Notes under the pieces: model-generated
Databases searched by the model: none
What the model was told of the DNA's origin: nothing
Seen by the model: the letters and a program-made list of their open reading frames with translations, nothing else
Position numbers and translations under genes: made by a program
DNA from: a virus
Lineage: Duplodnaviria > Heunggongvirae > Uroviricota > Caudoviricetes
Virus record (IMG/VR): IMGVR_UViG_3300022751_000001
Location: 14,950 to 78,949 of that record
DNA length: 64,000 bases
Strand: one strand, 5' to 3'
Part shown: positions 41,028-47,527 of the stretch, in pieces
How positions within the stretch are numbered: the first letter of the stretch is position 1
How the letters are laid out: every line of letters begins with the position of its first letter

Positions 41028-41098
41028 TGGTGAAGTAGGACGGAATCGAACCATCGCCTTTTGATTTACAGTCAATCGGGTGCCCTGCACGCTACAAC
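41028..41098 (-). pseudogene. tRNA-Tyr(GUA)-like, probably degenerate
   Basis: anticodon loop CTGTAAA and T-arm GATGG-TTCGATT-CCGTC are good, but the acceptor has two T-T mismatches, the D-arm is tiny and the variable arm is short for Tyr. Confidence 0.3.
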
Positions 41099-41103
41099 AT
41101 ATT

Positions 41104-41180
41104 TGGTGGTTTCGGTCTGAATTGAACAGACGACCCCCTGTTCTTCAAACAGGTGCTCTAACCAACTGAGCTACAAAACC
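41104..41180 (-). tRNA. tRNA-Phe(GAA)
   Basis: GCTCAGTTGGTTAGAGC D-arm; anticodon loop TTGAAGA; CCA. Confidence 0.75.
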
Positions 41181-41193
41181 AAAAGTTACTTGT

Positions 41194-41274
41194 TCGGGGA
41201 GCCAGGAGTTGAACCTGGGCATCGGGTCTATATTACTCTGCAGCCCGCAGCACTAACGTTATGCTTACTCCCCG
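41194..41274 (-). pseudogene. atypical tRNA-like gene: no encoded CCA, 15-17-nt anticodon loop
   Basis: perfect acceptor CGGGGAG/CTCCCCG and T-arm CCAGG-TTCAACT-CCTGG, but the anticodon stem CGGG/CCCG encloses CTGCAGAGTAATATAGA; 3' end is ...A-ACA instead of CCA. Confidence 0.3.
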
Positions 41275-41277
41275 TTA

Positions 41278-41352
41278 TGGTCAGTCCAGTAGGGTTCGAA
41301 CCTACGGTCTCATGCTCCCAAAGCACGCGTGATACCACTTCACTATAGACTG
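41278..41352 (-). tRNA. tRNA-Pro(UGG)
   Basis: anticodon loop TTTGGGA; T-arm GTAGG-TTCGAAC-CCTAC; CCA. Confidence 0.7.
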
Positions 41353-41355
41353 ATT

Positions 41356-41430
41356 TGGCTCTAGATATTGGAATCGAACCAATCGCCTTCTCCTTAACAG
41401 GGAGCTGCCCTACCGATGGGCCGATCTAGA
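41356..41430 (-). tRNA. tRNA-Asn(GUU)
   Basis: perfect acceptor TCTAGAT/ATCTAGA; anticodon loop CTGTTAA; CCA. Confidence 0.7.
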
Positions 41431-41437
41431 ATATATT

Positions 41438-41512
41438 TGGCGCGACCAGCGAGAATTGAACTCGCGACTATACCGTGACAGGGTACTGTGATAACCACTT
41501 CACCATGATCGC
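41438..41512 (-). tRNA. tRNA-Asp(GUC)
   Basis: anticodon loop CTGTCAC; T-loop TCAATTC; CCA. Confidence 0.7.
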
Positions 41513-41517
41513 ATATT

Positions 41518-41600
41518 TGGCACACGTACACAGATTCGAACTGCTTAGCTTTCGCACTGGTTTTGGAGACCAGTTCCCATCGCCACTAGGGAGTACATGT
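41518..41600 (-). tRNA. tRNA-Trp(CCA) with 11-nt variable region
   Basis: acceptor ACATGTA/TACGTGT (one G-U); anticodon stem CTGGT/ACCAG, loop CTCCAAA; extra GCGAAAGC mini-hairpin in the variable region; 83 nt. Confidence 0.5.
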
Positions 41601-41985
41601 ATATTGGGTGCTGGGTTTTGTTGATTTGTGCCCAGCGTCCCGACTAGCGATATGCAATTGCATAAAGCTATCAAATCGGTCAGACCTTTCATCGGTAGTC
41701 TGAATGAGCCTTATACTTGAGACTCGCTTATCTTTCTCAAGCAGGGTGCGCTAAACGCTCCAAGGGTCGGCAGACCCGTCGTACAACCATTCATTTCGGG
41801 GGAGGGGAGTGTATGCCCCAGCTTAATCTATCGCTCTTTGCAATAGACCCCCTGATGTAACTCGACCGCTGCGCTACCCATCACGGTTTACAGTACCTAC
41901 CAGCTTTGGGAGCTGGGGTGTTAGGGTCACTTACAGCCCTATCTGCTGACTACCGTGCCAAAGCCTCGTCCGTCGGTTAATTTGT

Positions 41986-42019
41986 TAAAAAAAGACACCT
42001 ACTTGTGGGTAGATGTCTC
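41986..42019 (-). terminator. rho-independent terminator (minus strand) inside the tRNA region
   Basis: minus-strand GAGACATCTACC-cacaa-GTAGGTGTC then TTTTTTT. Confidence 0.45.
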
Positions 42020-42140
42020 TCGTTGTTTGTTTTCAAAATTCTTCTTATGAAGAGAACGACAAGACACCTACACTAAATTGATCCGGGCAATTTGACCAGA
42101 GCTGTGATAGTAGTGAGTGACTATATAATGTCTTCATAAT
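42020..42140 (-). ncRNA. candidate small RNA (~130 nt) bounded by promoter and terminator
   Basis: minus-strand promoter ttgtat-18-tgg-tataat (plus 42144-42173) upstream and the 41986-42019 terminator downstream; longest ORF inside is 21 codons. Confidence 0.3.
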
Positions 42141-42143
42141 TTC

Positions 42144-42173
42144 ATTATACCATAATAATAAATGGCAATACAA
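42144..42173 (-). promoter_or_regulatory. putative promoter with extended -10 (minus strand)
   Basis: reverse complement ttgtattgccatttattattatggtataat. Confidence 0.35.
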
Positions 42174-42188
42174 TCTTTTTTATAAATT

Positions 42189-42263
42189 TGGTCACCCATG
42201 GGAGAGTTGAACTCCCGTTGCATGATTGAAAATCATGTGTCCTAACCGTTAGACGAATGGGCG
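42189..42263 (-). tRNA. tRNA-Glu(UUC)
   Basis: anticodon stem CATGA/TCATG, loop TTTTCAA; T-arm GGGAG-TTCAACT-CTCCC; CCA. Confidence 0.7.
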
Positions 42264-42268
42264 ATATG

Positions 42269-42345
42269 TGGTGAAACCGATAGGGATCGAACCTATGACA
42301 CCCTGATTAAGAGTCAGGTGCTCTAACCAGCTGAGCTACGGTTCC
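42269..42345 (-). tRNA. tRNA-Lys(CUU)
   Basis: GCTCAGCTGGTTAGAGC D-arm; anticodon loop CTCTTAA; CCA. Confidence 0.7.
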
Positions 42346-42442
42346 ATATCTTGAAAAGGTGCTACGAGAAGTTTCGGCTCATACGTCCATGCAATTCCTG
42401 CCTGGTTTGACCTCGTAATCATACTTGCTACCAATATGTATT

Positions 42443-42518
42443 TGGTGGAGTTGCAGAGAATCGAACTCTGGTGAAGACGTTGCAAACGTCCCATAATAAA
42501 CCGTTATATGACAACCCC
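42443..42518 (-). tRNA. tRNA-Ala(UGC)
   Basis: acceptor GGGGTTG/CAACTCC; anticodon loop TTTGCAA; T-arm CAGAG-TTCGATT-CTCTG; CCA. Confidence 0.65.
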
Positions 42519-42526
42519 GAATTGTT

Positions 42527-42602
42527 TGGTAGTTCCCGCTGGACTTGAACCAGCACCAGCTTCGTTAGAACCGAAGTGCCCTATCCATTAGACCAGAGAA
42601 CC
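42527..42602 (-). tRNA. tRNA-Arg(UCU)
   Basis: anticodon stem CTTCG/CGAAG, loop GTTCTAA; T-loop TTCAAGT; CCA. Confidence 0.65.
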
Positions 42603-42830
42603 TTATATTTCTGCTTTGAGGTACTTATCGAGCAGATCATTGATTTGAGTAATGTGAACCATACCAGCTTGTTTCACAGCTATTTCACCAAAGTGTCTGC
42701 GCAGTACTACGAAACCTTGTTCGAGTGCTTGCGTTTCTTCTTCAATGATGTCGCGAGTTAGGTCATGCACTAGACTTTCAGCTTGTCGCTTGACTAAGTT
42801 TGGGTCTGGGTCTTTGCGGTATGCTTCCAT
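42603..42830 (-). CDS. hypothetical protein nested inside the tRNA array
   Basis: 75 aa from the internal ATG (MEAYRKDPDPNLVKRQAESLVHDL...); the longer ORF start would overlap tRNA-Gly; stop abuts the 5' end of tRNA-Arg. Confidence 0.4.
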   Translation of the reverse strand: MEAYRKDPDPNLVKRQAESLVHDLTRDIIEEETQALEQGFVVLRRHFGEIAVKQAGMVHITQINDLLDKYLKAEI

Positions 42831-42846
42831 ACTCTTATTATACGTA

Positions 42847-42921
42847 TGGTGCGGGTACACAGAATCGAACTGTGATCCCCTGATTGGAAGTCAGGTATAT
42901 TAGCCGTTATACTATACCCGC
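42847..42921 (-). tRNA. tRNA-Gly(UCC)
   Basis: perfect acceptor GCGGGTA/TACCCGC; anticodon loop CTTCCAA; T-arm CACAG-TTCGATT-CTGTG; CCA. Confidence 0.7.
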
Positions 42922-42927
42922 AAATGT

Positions 42928-43005
42928 TGGAGCCCCTCACGGAGTCGAACCGTTCCTCGTACCTACCACGGTACGCGTGCTAACCAACGTTACACTAACT
43001 GGGGC
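42928..43005 (-). pseudogene. tRNA-Thr(GGU)-like with irregular anticodon loop and acceptor (possible pseudogene)
   Basis: anticodon region CGTAC-CGTGGTAG-GTACG allows only a 6- or 8-nt loop around GGT; T-loop TTCGACT present; acceptor pairing imperfect; CCA position ambiguous. Confidence 0.3.
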
Positions 43006-43008
43006 GTA

Positions 43009-43082
43009 TGGGGCCGCCACTCGGTACTGCCCCGAGGTCGATAGTTTACAAAACTACTACTCTACTTTTGAGCTATGGCGGC
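43009..43082 (-). tRNA. tRNA-Thr(UGU) with non-canonical T-loop
   Basis: perfect acceptor GCCGCCA/TGGCGGC, discriminator C, CCA; anticodon loop TTTGTAA; T-arm TCGGG-GCAGTAC-CCGAG lacks the T54-psi55-C56 consensus. Confidence 0.5.
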
Positions 43083-43085
43083 ACT

Positions 43086-43161
43086 TGGTAGTCCCAGAAG
43101 GAATTGCACCCTCGACACCTTGTTCCGAAGACAAGTGCTCTATCTGCTGAGCTATAGGACT
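43086..43161 (-). tRNA. tRNA-Arg(UCG)
   Basis: acceptor AGTCCTA/TGGGACT; D-arm GCTCAGCAGATAGAGC; anticodon loop CTTCGGA; CCA. Confidence 0.6.
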
Positions 43162-43164
43162 TTA

Positions 43165-43268
43165 TGGTGCACGGGGGCAGCTTTAGGCTACCTCTATTCT
43201 AATAACGCTTCAGTGCACCTCTACGCTTTCGATTCTCGAGCCACGTTGCAACGATGTGCTCTCCGTAC
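43165..43268 (-). ncRNA. 104-nt CCA-terminated tRNA-like element (function unknown)
   Basis: terminal helix GTACGGA/CCCGTGC, discriminator A, CCA; no T-loop; interior contains CGTTGCAACG and ...GCCTAAAGCTGCCCCCGTGCACCA, echoing the elements at 40308 and 40907. Confidence 0.3.
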
Positions 43269-43273
43269 AAATT

Positions 43274-43358
43274 TGGTTGCGGGGACGGGATTCGAACCCG
43301 TGTATCTTGCGACAAAGGGATATGAGCCCTCCGAGAATGACCGCTTCTCAACCCCGCT
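43274..43358 (-). tRNA. type-II (long variable arm) tRNA with CAU anticodon and A1-A72 mismatch
   Basis: acceptor AGCGGGG/CCCCGCA with A1 opposite A72; 3-bp D-stem GAG/CTC; anticodon stem GAGGG/CCCTT, loop CTCATAT (anticodon CAU); variable arm TGTC-GCAA-GATA hairpin; T-arm ACGGG-TTCGAAT-CCCGT; CCA. Confidence 0.55.
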
Positions 43359-43363
43359 ATATA

Positions 43364-43439
43364 TGGTCGTCTCTGTAGGACTCGAACCTACAACCTTCTG
43401 TGTGTAAAACAGATGCTCTAGCCATTGAGCTAAGAGACG
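43364..43439 (-). tRNA. tRNA-Val(UAC)
   Basis: acceptor CGTCTCT/AGAGACG; D-arm GCTCAATGGCTAGAGC; anticodon loop TTTACAC; CCA. Confidence 0.7.
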
Positions 43440-43451
43440 ATAATTTGTTAA

Positions 43452-43525
43452 TGGTCGGTGTAGGTGGTTCTGCCCCACCGTATGCAGAATATAAGTCTGC
43501 TGTTCTACTATTGAACTATACACCA
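43452..43525 (-). tRNA. tRNA with UAU anticodon (Ile-UAU?) and non-canonical T-loop
   Basis: acceptor TGGTGTA/TACACCG; D-arm GTTCAATAGTAGAAC; anticodon stem GCAGA/TCTGC, loop CTTATAT; T-arm GGTGG-GGCAGAA-CCACC lacks the TTC consensus; CCA. Confidence 0.45.
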
Positions 43526-43532
43526 GAATACT

Positions 43533-43609
43533 TGGTTGGACGAGTAGGATTTGAACCTACGATCTCCTGAATATCAGTCAAGTGCTTTAACCAGCTAAGC
43601 TACCGTCCA
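43533..43609 (-). tRNA. tRNA-Ile(GAU)
   Basis: acceptor TGGACGG/TCGTCCA; anticodon stem CTTGA/TCAGG, loop CTGATAT; T-arm GTAGG-TTCAAAT-CCTAC; CCA. Confidence 0.6.
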
Positions 43610-43616
43610 TTATTTG

Positions 43617-43691
43617 TGGTGGGCTCGGTTGGAATCGAACCAACGTGGTACAGATTAAAAGTCTGCTGCTCAACCACTGAGCCACGAACCC
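43617..43691 (-). tRNA. tRNA-Lys(UUU)
   Basis: acceptor GGGTTCG/CGAGCCC; D-arm GCTCAGTGGTTGAGC; anticodon loop CTTTTAA; T-arm GTTGG-TTCGATT-CCAAC; CCA. Confidence 0.7.
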
Positions 43692-43746
43692 AAGATATAA
43701 AAAAAGAGCTATTTAGCTCCAACTATGACTTGAGTTGTAAGCTATA

Positions 43747-43917
43747 TTATTCTTTCTTCTTTTCACCCCGTTTTGTAAATGTACCCATAATGAACCCTGT
43801 CACTGCCACAATAGCAATAATGCCGCCAGCTATTGCTGTCGTCTCTTTGGTGCGCTTGACGTATTTCACTAGGTCAGCCGCTTCCTTTTGAATCTTCTTG
43901 GTGTTCATAGTATTCAT
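43747..43917 (-). CDS. hypothetical small membrane protein (first gene of the tRNA operon?)
   Basis: 56 aa (MNTMNTKKIQKEAADLVKYVKRTKETTAIAGGIIAIVAVTGFIMGTF...), one TM helix; below the ORF-track cutoff. Confidence 0.3.
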   Translation of the reverse strand: MNTMNTKKIQKEAADLVKYVKRTKETTAIAGGIIAIVAVTGFIMGTFTKRGEKKKE

Positions 43918-44076
43918 TATACACATATTAGTATATAATGCAAAATGCGCGGTGGCAGGGCAACAGATAGTCAGTGCACTATATCTGTTGGACCGTAAGA
44001 CCGACCATAATTTTACTGATTACAAAGAGATGCGCCAAATCAGTCATGTAGACCTCTTAGCGGGGGTCTATTTTTA

Positions 44077-44304
44077 GTGTATAGTAGTCGGTATAAAACT
44101 ATGACAAAATACTCAATATATGAAGTTGGCGAAAAAGCTAACAAAAATCGCGACTCATTAGACTTCGAAAAATGGTTAGAACGCACCCTCAAATATATAA
44201 CTGAAAAGATCGACCCAGCGTTCAACCGAGAAAAATTTGCAGAATGGTTAGAAGAAGACGACGAAAAACCATTTATTTCTGGTAAAAATAGGTATTATTG
44301 GTAG
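44077..44304 (+). CDS. hypothetical protein
   Basis: 75 aa; first gene of a plus-strand block. Confidence 0.45.
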   Translation: MYSSRYKTMTKYSIYEVGEKANKNRDSLDFEKWLERTLKYITEKIDPAFNREKFAEWLEEDDEKPFISGKNRYYW

Positions 44305-44336
44305 CAACGCCCGTAAATTCCTGCTATAATAAGGAT

Positions 44337-44768
44337 ATGAAAGATATTCAGAACGAAGCAGAAACAGGTGTACAAACCATCACAAACCTGCAGATGACAC
44401 TCGCGCAAATCGAGAACGAACTGCAAACCAACCCTAAGTTCATTGAGTTCCTACGCGTCCAGGACGAGCTTAACGCAAAGCGTTCAGAGTTCGACTCGAC
44501 AATGAAAGACTTGATGATTGAGCGGTTCAAAGACACAGGTGAAAAGAAGCTCGAAGTTGGTAACGCAACATTCGCGCTAACACCACGTGAAGAACTGATA
44601 ATCACAGACGAAGACAAAGTTGACGATGCCTTCGTTACTAAAGTAACCGTAAAAAAGCTAGATAAAGAGGCAGTGAAAGCTGTTCAAGTTCTTGAAGGTC
44701 GCCTCGTTGACGGAGTCGGTGTTCGACAATCGTTCGCATACAAACTAACCATTAAGGATAACGAATAA
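44337..44768 (+). CDS. Gp157-like protein (siphovirus Gp157 family)
   Basis: internal ATG preceded by aaggat; coiled-coil N-terminus; sits immediately upstream of a RecT-family gene as Gp157 proteins typically do. Confidence 0.4.
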   Translation: MKDIQNEAETGVQTITNLQMTLAQIENELQTNPKFIEFLRVQDELNAKRSEFDSTMKDLMIERFKDTGEKKLEVGNATFALTPREELIITDEDKVDDAFVTKVTVKKLDKEAVKAVQVLEGRLVDGVGVRQSFAYKLTIKDNE

Positions 44769-44769
44769 A

Positions 44770-45444
44770 ATGGCAGTAAATCTACAAGCACTAAAAGAAA
44801 AGCTCATCGAGAGCAACCAAGACGCGAACAAGGTTAACAAGACTATCGCATACCTAAGTGGTACAAAGGTCAACCAAATCGTGCAGAAGCACACTAACCA
44901 AGAGATGTACTCACTCATTGTTAAGTACCTGAACGTCGGTACGAACCTAGATGGTGTAAACGTCATCTTGTCTGGTCAGAACATGGGTCTTGTAACGTAC
45001 CAAGGGTATATGAACAAGGTGAAGCAACTACACCCAGACGTATTCTTTGACGTGCAACTCGTACGCGAAGGTGACACATTTGAAGTTGGTAAGCGTTCTG
45101 GTCTTGTTGAATACAAGCACGAAATCGCTAACCCGTTTGCAAGCTATGACGACAAGAAGATCAACGGTGCGTACTGTGTCGTGAAGTTCGACAACAACGA
45201 GTCAATCGAGCTATTGAACGAACGCGACTACCTTGAAATGAAGGGTGCCTCAAAGAGCAGTTACACTTGGGACAAATGGCCATCAGAGTTTTGGCGAAAG
45301 TCTGTTATTAAGCGGGCATGTAAGGTATACTTTTCAGAAGAAGTCGCTTTGCTCGAAAAGGTTGATAACGAAGACCACGGCCTAGCTGATGACGATACTA
45401 GCACTGACGCACTCGACGCAATCGTAGCTGCAAAGAAAGGGTAA
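44770..45444 (+). CDS. recT: RecT-family single-strand annealing protein
   Basis: QLVREGDTFEVGKRSG (cf. RecT VVREGDEFSFEFG) and WPSEFWRKSVIKRACKVYF (cf. RecT W.EMAKKTAIRRLFKYLP). Confidence 0.6.
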   Translation: MAVNLQALKEKLIESNQDANKVNKTIAYLSGTKVNQIVQKHTNQEMYSLIVKYLNVGTNLDGVNVILSGQNMGLVTYQGYMNKVKQLHPDVFFDVQLVREGDTFEVGKRSGLVEYKHEIANPFASYDDKKINGAYCVVKFDNNESIELLNERDYLEMKGASKSSYTWDKWPSEFWRKSVIKRACKVYFSEEVALLEKVDNEDHGLADDDTSTDALDAIVAAKKG

Positions 45445-45446
45445 TT

Positions 45447-45851
45447 ATGGGGAACCTCACTGGACGAATCAAAGAAGATAAGAATGGTGAGGGGCTGTGG
45501 CTGCTGGTCGACAAGGTCGGCAGTTCACAAGCTGATAACCTAATCGAAGAGCAACCGCTATCGCGTGAAAGTGGTAGCGTTGCTTGGGCAGTTTTACCCG
45601 AAGAAGTTGAAGCAATTCGCGACGCTTGTAACGACTATCTACGCGACAAGGAAGTTGACAGCATCGACATTGTATGGTCTGTTGACGACGTGTTTAACGT
45701 GATGTATGATTACGAAGAGAAAGATGAGTATAGCGAAGACGATTACGAACTAGCTAGAGCAGTCTTGCAACATGTAAAGAACCATCACGATGCGACTGTC
45801 GGTGTCAGCTGGGAGACACTTGAAAGCGCAATCGACTACCTAAGAGGATAA
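45447..45851 (+). CDS. hypothetical acidic protein
   Basis: 134 aa. Confidence 0.45.
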   Translation: MGNLTGRIKEDKNGEGLWLLVDKVGSSQADNLIEEQPLSRESGSVAWAVLPEEVEAIRDACNDYLRDKEVDSIDIVWSVDDVFNVMYDYEEKDEYSEDDYELARAVLQHVKNHHDATVGVSWETLESAIDYLRG

Positions 45852-45852
45852 A

Positions 45853-46155
45853 ATGTTTGACGTTGAACAAGAGCAAAAACAAATCATAGACCGCTTGCAA
45901 GATTCAGGCAAATTCTATGATGCTCTTGTGAAGAAGAACGACAAATGGGAGAAGCGTTTCTTATACGGTTCTTTTCTTTTTATGTTCCCATCGCTATTGA
46001 TACCGCTTGCACCAGTTAAGTTCTTCGCACTTGTTGCTCAAATAGCTATGCTCACTGGGTTTCTGATTACTTCTAAGCGCGGTATGAAGATTAGAAAAGA
46101 ACGACTCACCCTGATGGAGAGCGAACACGATTATATAAGGCACATGTATGAGTAA
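45853..46155 (+). CDS. hypothetical membrane protein
   Basis: 100 aa with two hydrophobic helices. Confidence 0.45.
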   Translation: MFDVEQEQKQIIDRLQDSGKFYDALVKKNDKWEKRFLYGSFLFMFPSLLIPLAPVKFFALVAQIAMLTGFLITSKRGMKIRKERLTLMESEHDYIRHMYE

Positions 46156-46432
46156 GAACCGAATACTAGGTCACCTGCGAATTTTTCAAAGCGTTCAAGC
46201 TGACTTGAATATGGCTAACCGTTGGGACAAGCAAAGCTACGAGTATGAAGGCACCGACCCGTTTAATCTAGAAGATGACGCGTTCCCAGTCACAGTGGGG
46301 TTGATTGAGATATACGCAGGTCGCAAGCAAGTTGAGGTTGTTGATGAATTGCTTGAAACACTCAGCCGACCAGACACCCGTAAGGTGCTACTACAAATCA
46401 AAAAGAGACTGGAAGACCAACTACCAAAATGA
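46148..46432 (+). CDS. hypothetical protein
   Basis: 94 aa. Confidence 0.45.
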   Translation: MSKNRILGHLRIFQSVQADLNMANRWDKQSYEYEGTDPFNLEDDAFPVTVGLIEIYAGRKQVEVVDELLETLSRPDTRKVLLQIKKRLEDQLPK

Positions 46433-46989
46433 TTACCTACCACGACAAAATCGAACAGAACACGCCTGAATGGTTCGCTATTCGTGAAGACCACCCGCTT
46501 ACAGGGTCGACTTCGTATGAATTTCTACTAGCCCGTAACCCAGCAACGTATAAGCTCAAAGAGAGCAACTTCACTGGTAACAAGTATACGGAGCGTGGTC
46601 ATACGTTAGAGCCTGTAGCAAGGACGCTCCTGGACCGCGTGTACGACATCAAAACGCTCGAGACGGGTTTCGTTACCAATAGCGACTTCCCGTGGGCAGG
46701 ATGCTCTCCAGACGGGTACACAGACGAGTATATGGTTGAGATCAAATGCTTTATGAAAGAACGACACTTATTGAACGCTGTGACGACTGACGCGAAGATT
46801 TTATCCCAAGTGCAGTGGAATATGATGATTATGGGCAAAACCAAAGCGTTGCTCGTCTTCTTCTGTCCTGATAACACGCTCGACCCGTCTGAACAGCTTA
46901 TAATTAAAGAAATAGAAGCGAACCCGCACATCTGGGCTAATATGAAGAATAGGATCGAAGTTTATGGCGCAGCAAGAGCTAATACTTGA
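46429..46989 (+). CDS. YqaJ-like viral recombinase exonuclease (PD-(D/E)xK)
   Basis: QNTPEWFAIREDHPLTGSTSYEFL (YqaJ N-terminal signature), later GHTLEP and EIKC (D/E...K motif). Confidence 0.7.
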   Translation: MITYHDKIEQNTPEWFAIREDHPLTGSTSYEFLLARNPATYKLKESNFTGNKYTERGHTLEPVARTLLDRVYDIKTLETGFVTNSDFPWAGCSPDGYTDEYMVEIKCFMKERHLLNAVTTDAKILSQVQWNMMIMGKTKALLVFFCPDNTLDPSEQLIIKEIEANPHIWANMKNRIEVYGAARANT

Positions 46990-47284
46990 AAAGATAGTCG
47001 AATCGTTATCAAACCCTAACCGAGCATATCTAGAAGAACAGGGTACGTGGGTAGGTAAACTCTATACCGACAAAGGGCTACCGCTCGACATCTCAATCGC
47101 TGAACTGCGAAAGCGTAACACTAGCGAAGACGATATGTTCGTGATTATTGAAGGTGCGCTCACTTGGTTCGTACAGCACAAGCGAAACTCTGGTGCGACC
47201 GAGAAAGCGTTGAACCGTCAGCGCGAGCAGAACAACAAGATCATGGCAGCTTTTCTAGCTGGTAAAGAAACGGGTCTGTACTAG
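46964..47284 (+). CDS. hypothetical protein
   Basis: 106 aa. Confidence 0.45.
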   Translation: MAQQELILEKIVESLSNPNRAYLEEQGTWVGKLYTDKGLPLDISIAELRKRNTSEDDMFVIIEGALTWFVQHKRNSGATEKALNRQREQNNKIMAAFLAGKETGLY

Positions 47285-47523
47285 TGTCGAGACTCGAGAC
47301 GTTGCACATGGACGGGCTGTTTAGCGACGAAGACATTGCGAATCGTCATTACGTTATTCGACAGTGTATTGACTGTTTAGCGTTCACCAAATGGGACATA
47401 CGCAACAAGAATACCTACGCTTGCGCTACCTGTGGCAGTGGTAAGTTCGACTCGAATCGGCAGCACTCAATTCGCACCCACCACAACTTTATTGGTAAAA
47501 AGGGTCGAAAGAAGGTAAAATAG
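47284..47523 (+). CDS. hypothetical zinc-finger protein
   Basis: 79 aa; CIDCLAF...CATCGSGK. Confidence 0.4.
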   Translation: MSRLETLHMDGLFSDEDIANRHYVIRQCIDCLAFTKWDIRNKNTYACATCGSGKFDSNRQHSIRTHHNFIGKKGRKKVK

Positions 47524-47527
47524 ACCT

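Noticed and set aside
41601-42188. RNase P RNA or tmRNA in the non-coding island
   Set aside because: The conserved RNase P P4 sequence (AGGAAAGTCCGGGCTC) and the tmRNA tRNA-like ends (GGGG...; ...GGTTCGA.TCC...ACCA) were not found on either strand.
42346-42442. A further tRNA in the 97-bp spacer between tRNA-Lys(CUU) and tRNA-Ala
   Set aside because: No T-loop consensus or acceptor pairing could be built on either strand; probably spacer or processing sequence.
41468-43891. ORFs overlapping the tRNA array (41468-41692 minus; 42576-42761, 42884-43150, 43075-43407, 43616-43891 plus; 43221-43523 minus)
   Set aside because: Each overlaps one or more well-folded tRNA genes, has no RBS and a GC/structure-driven composition; they are read-through artefacts.
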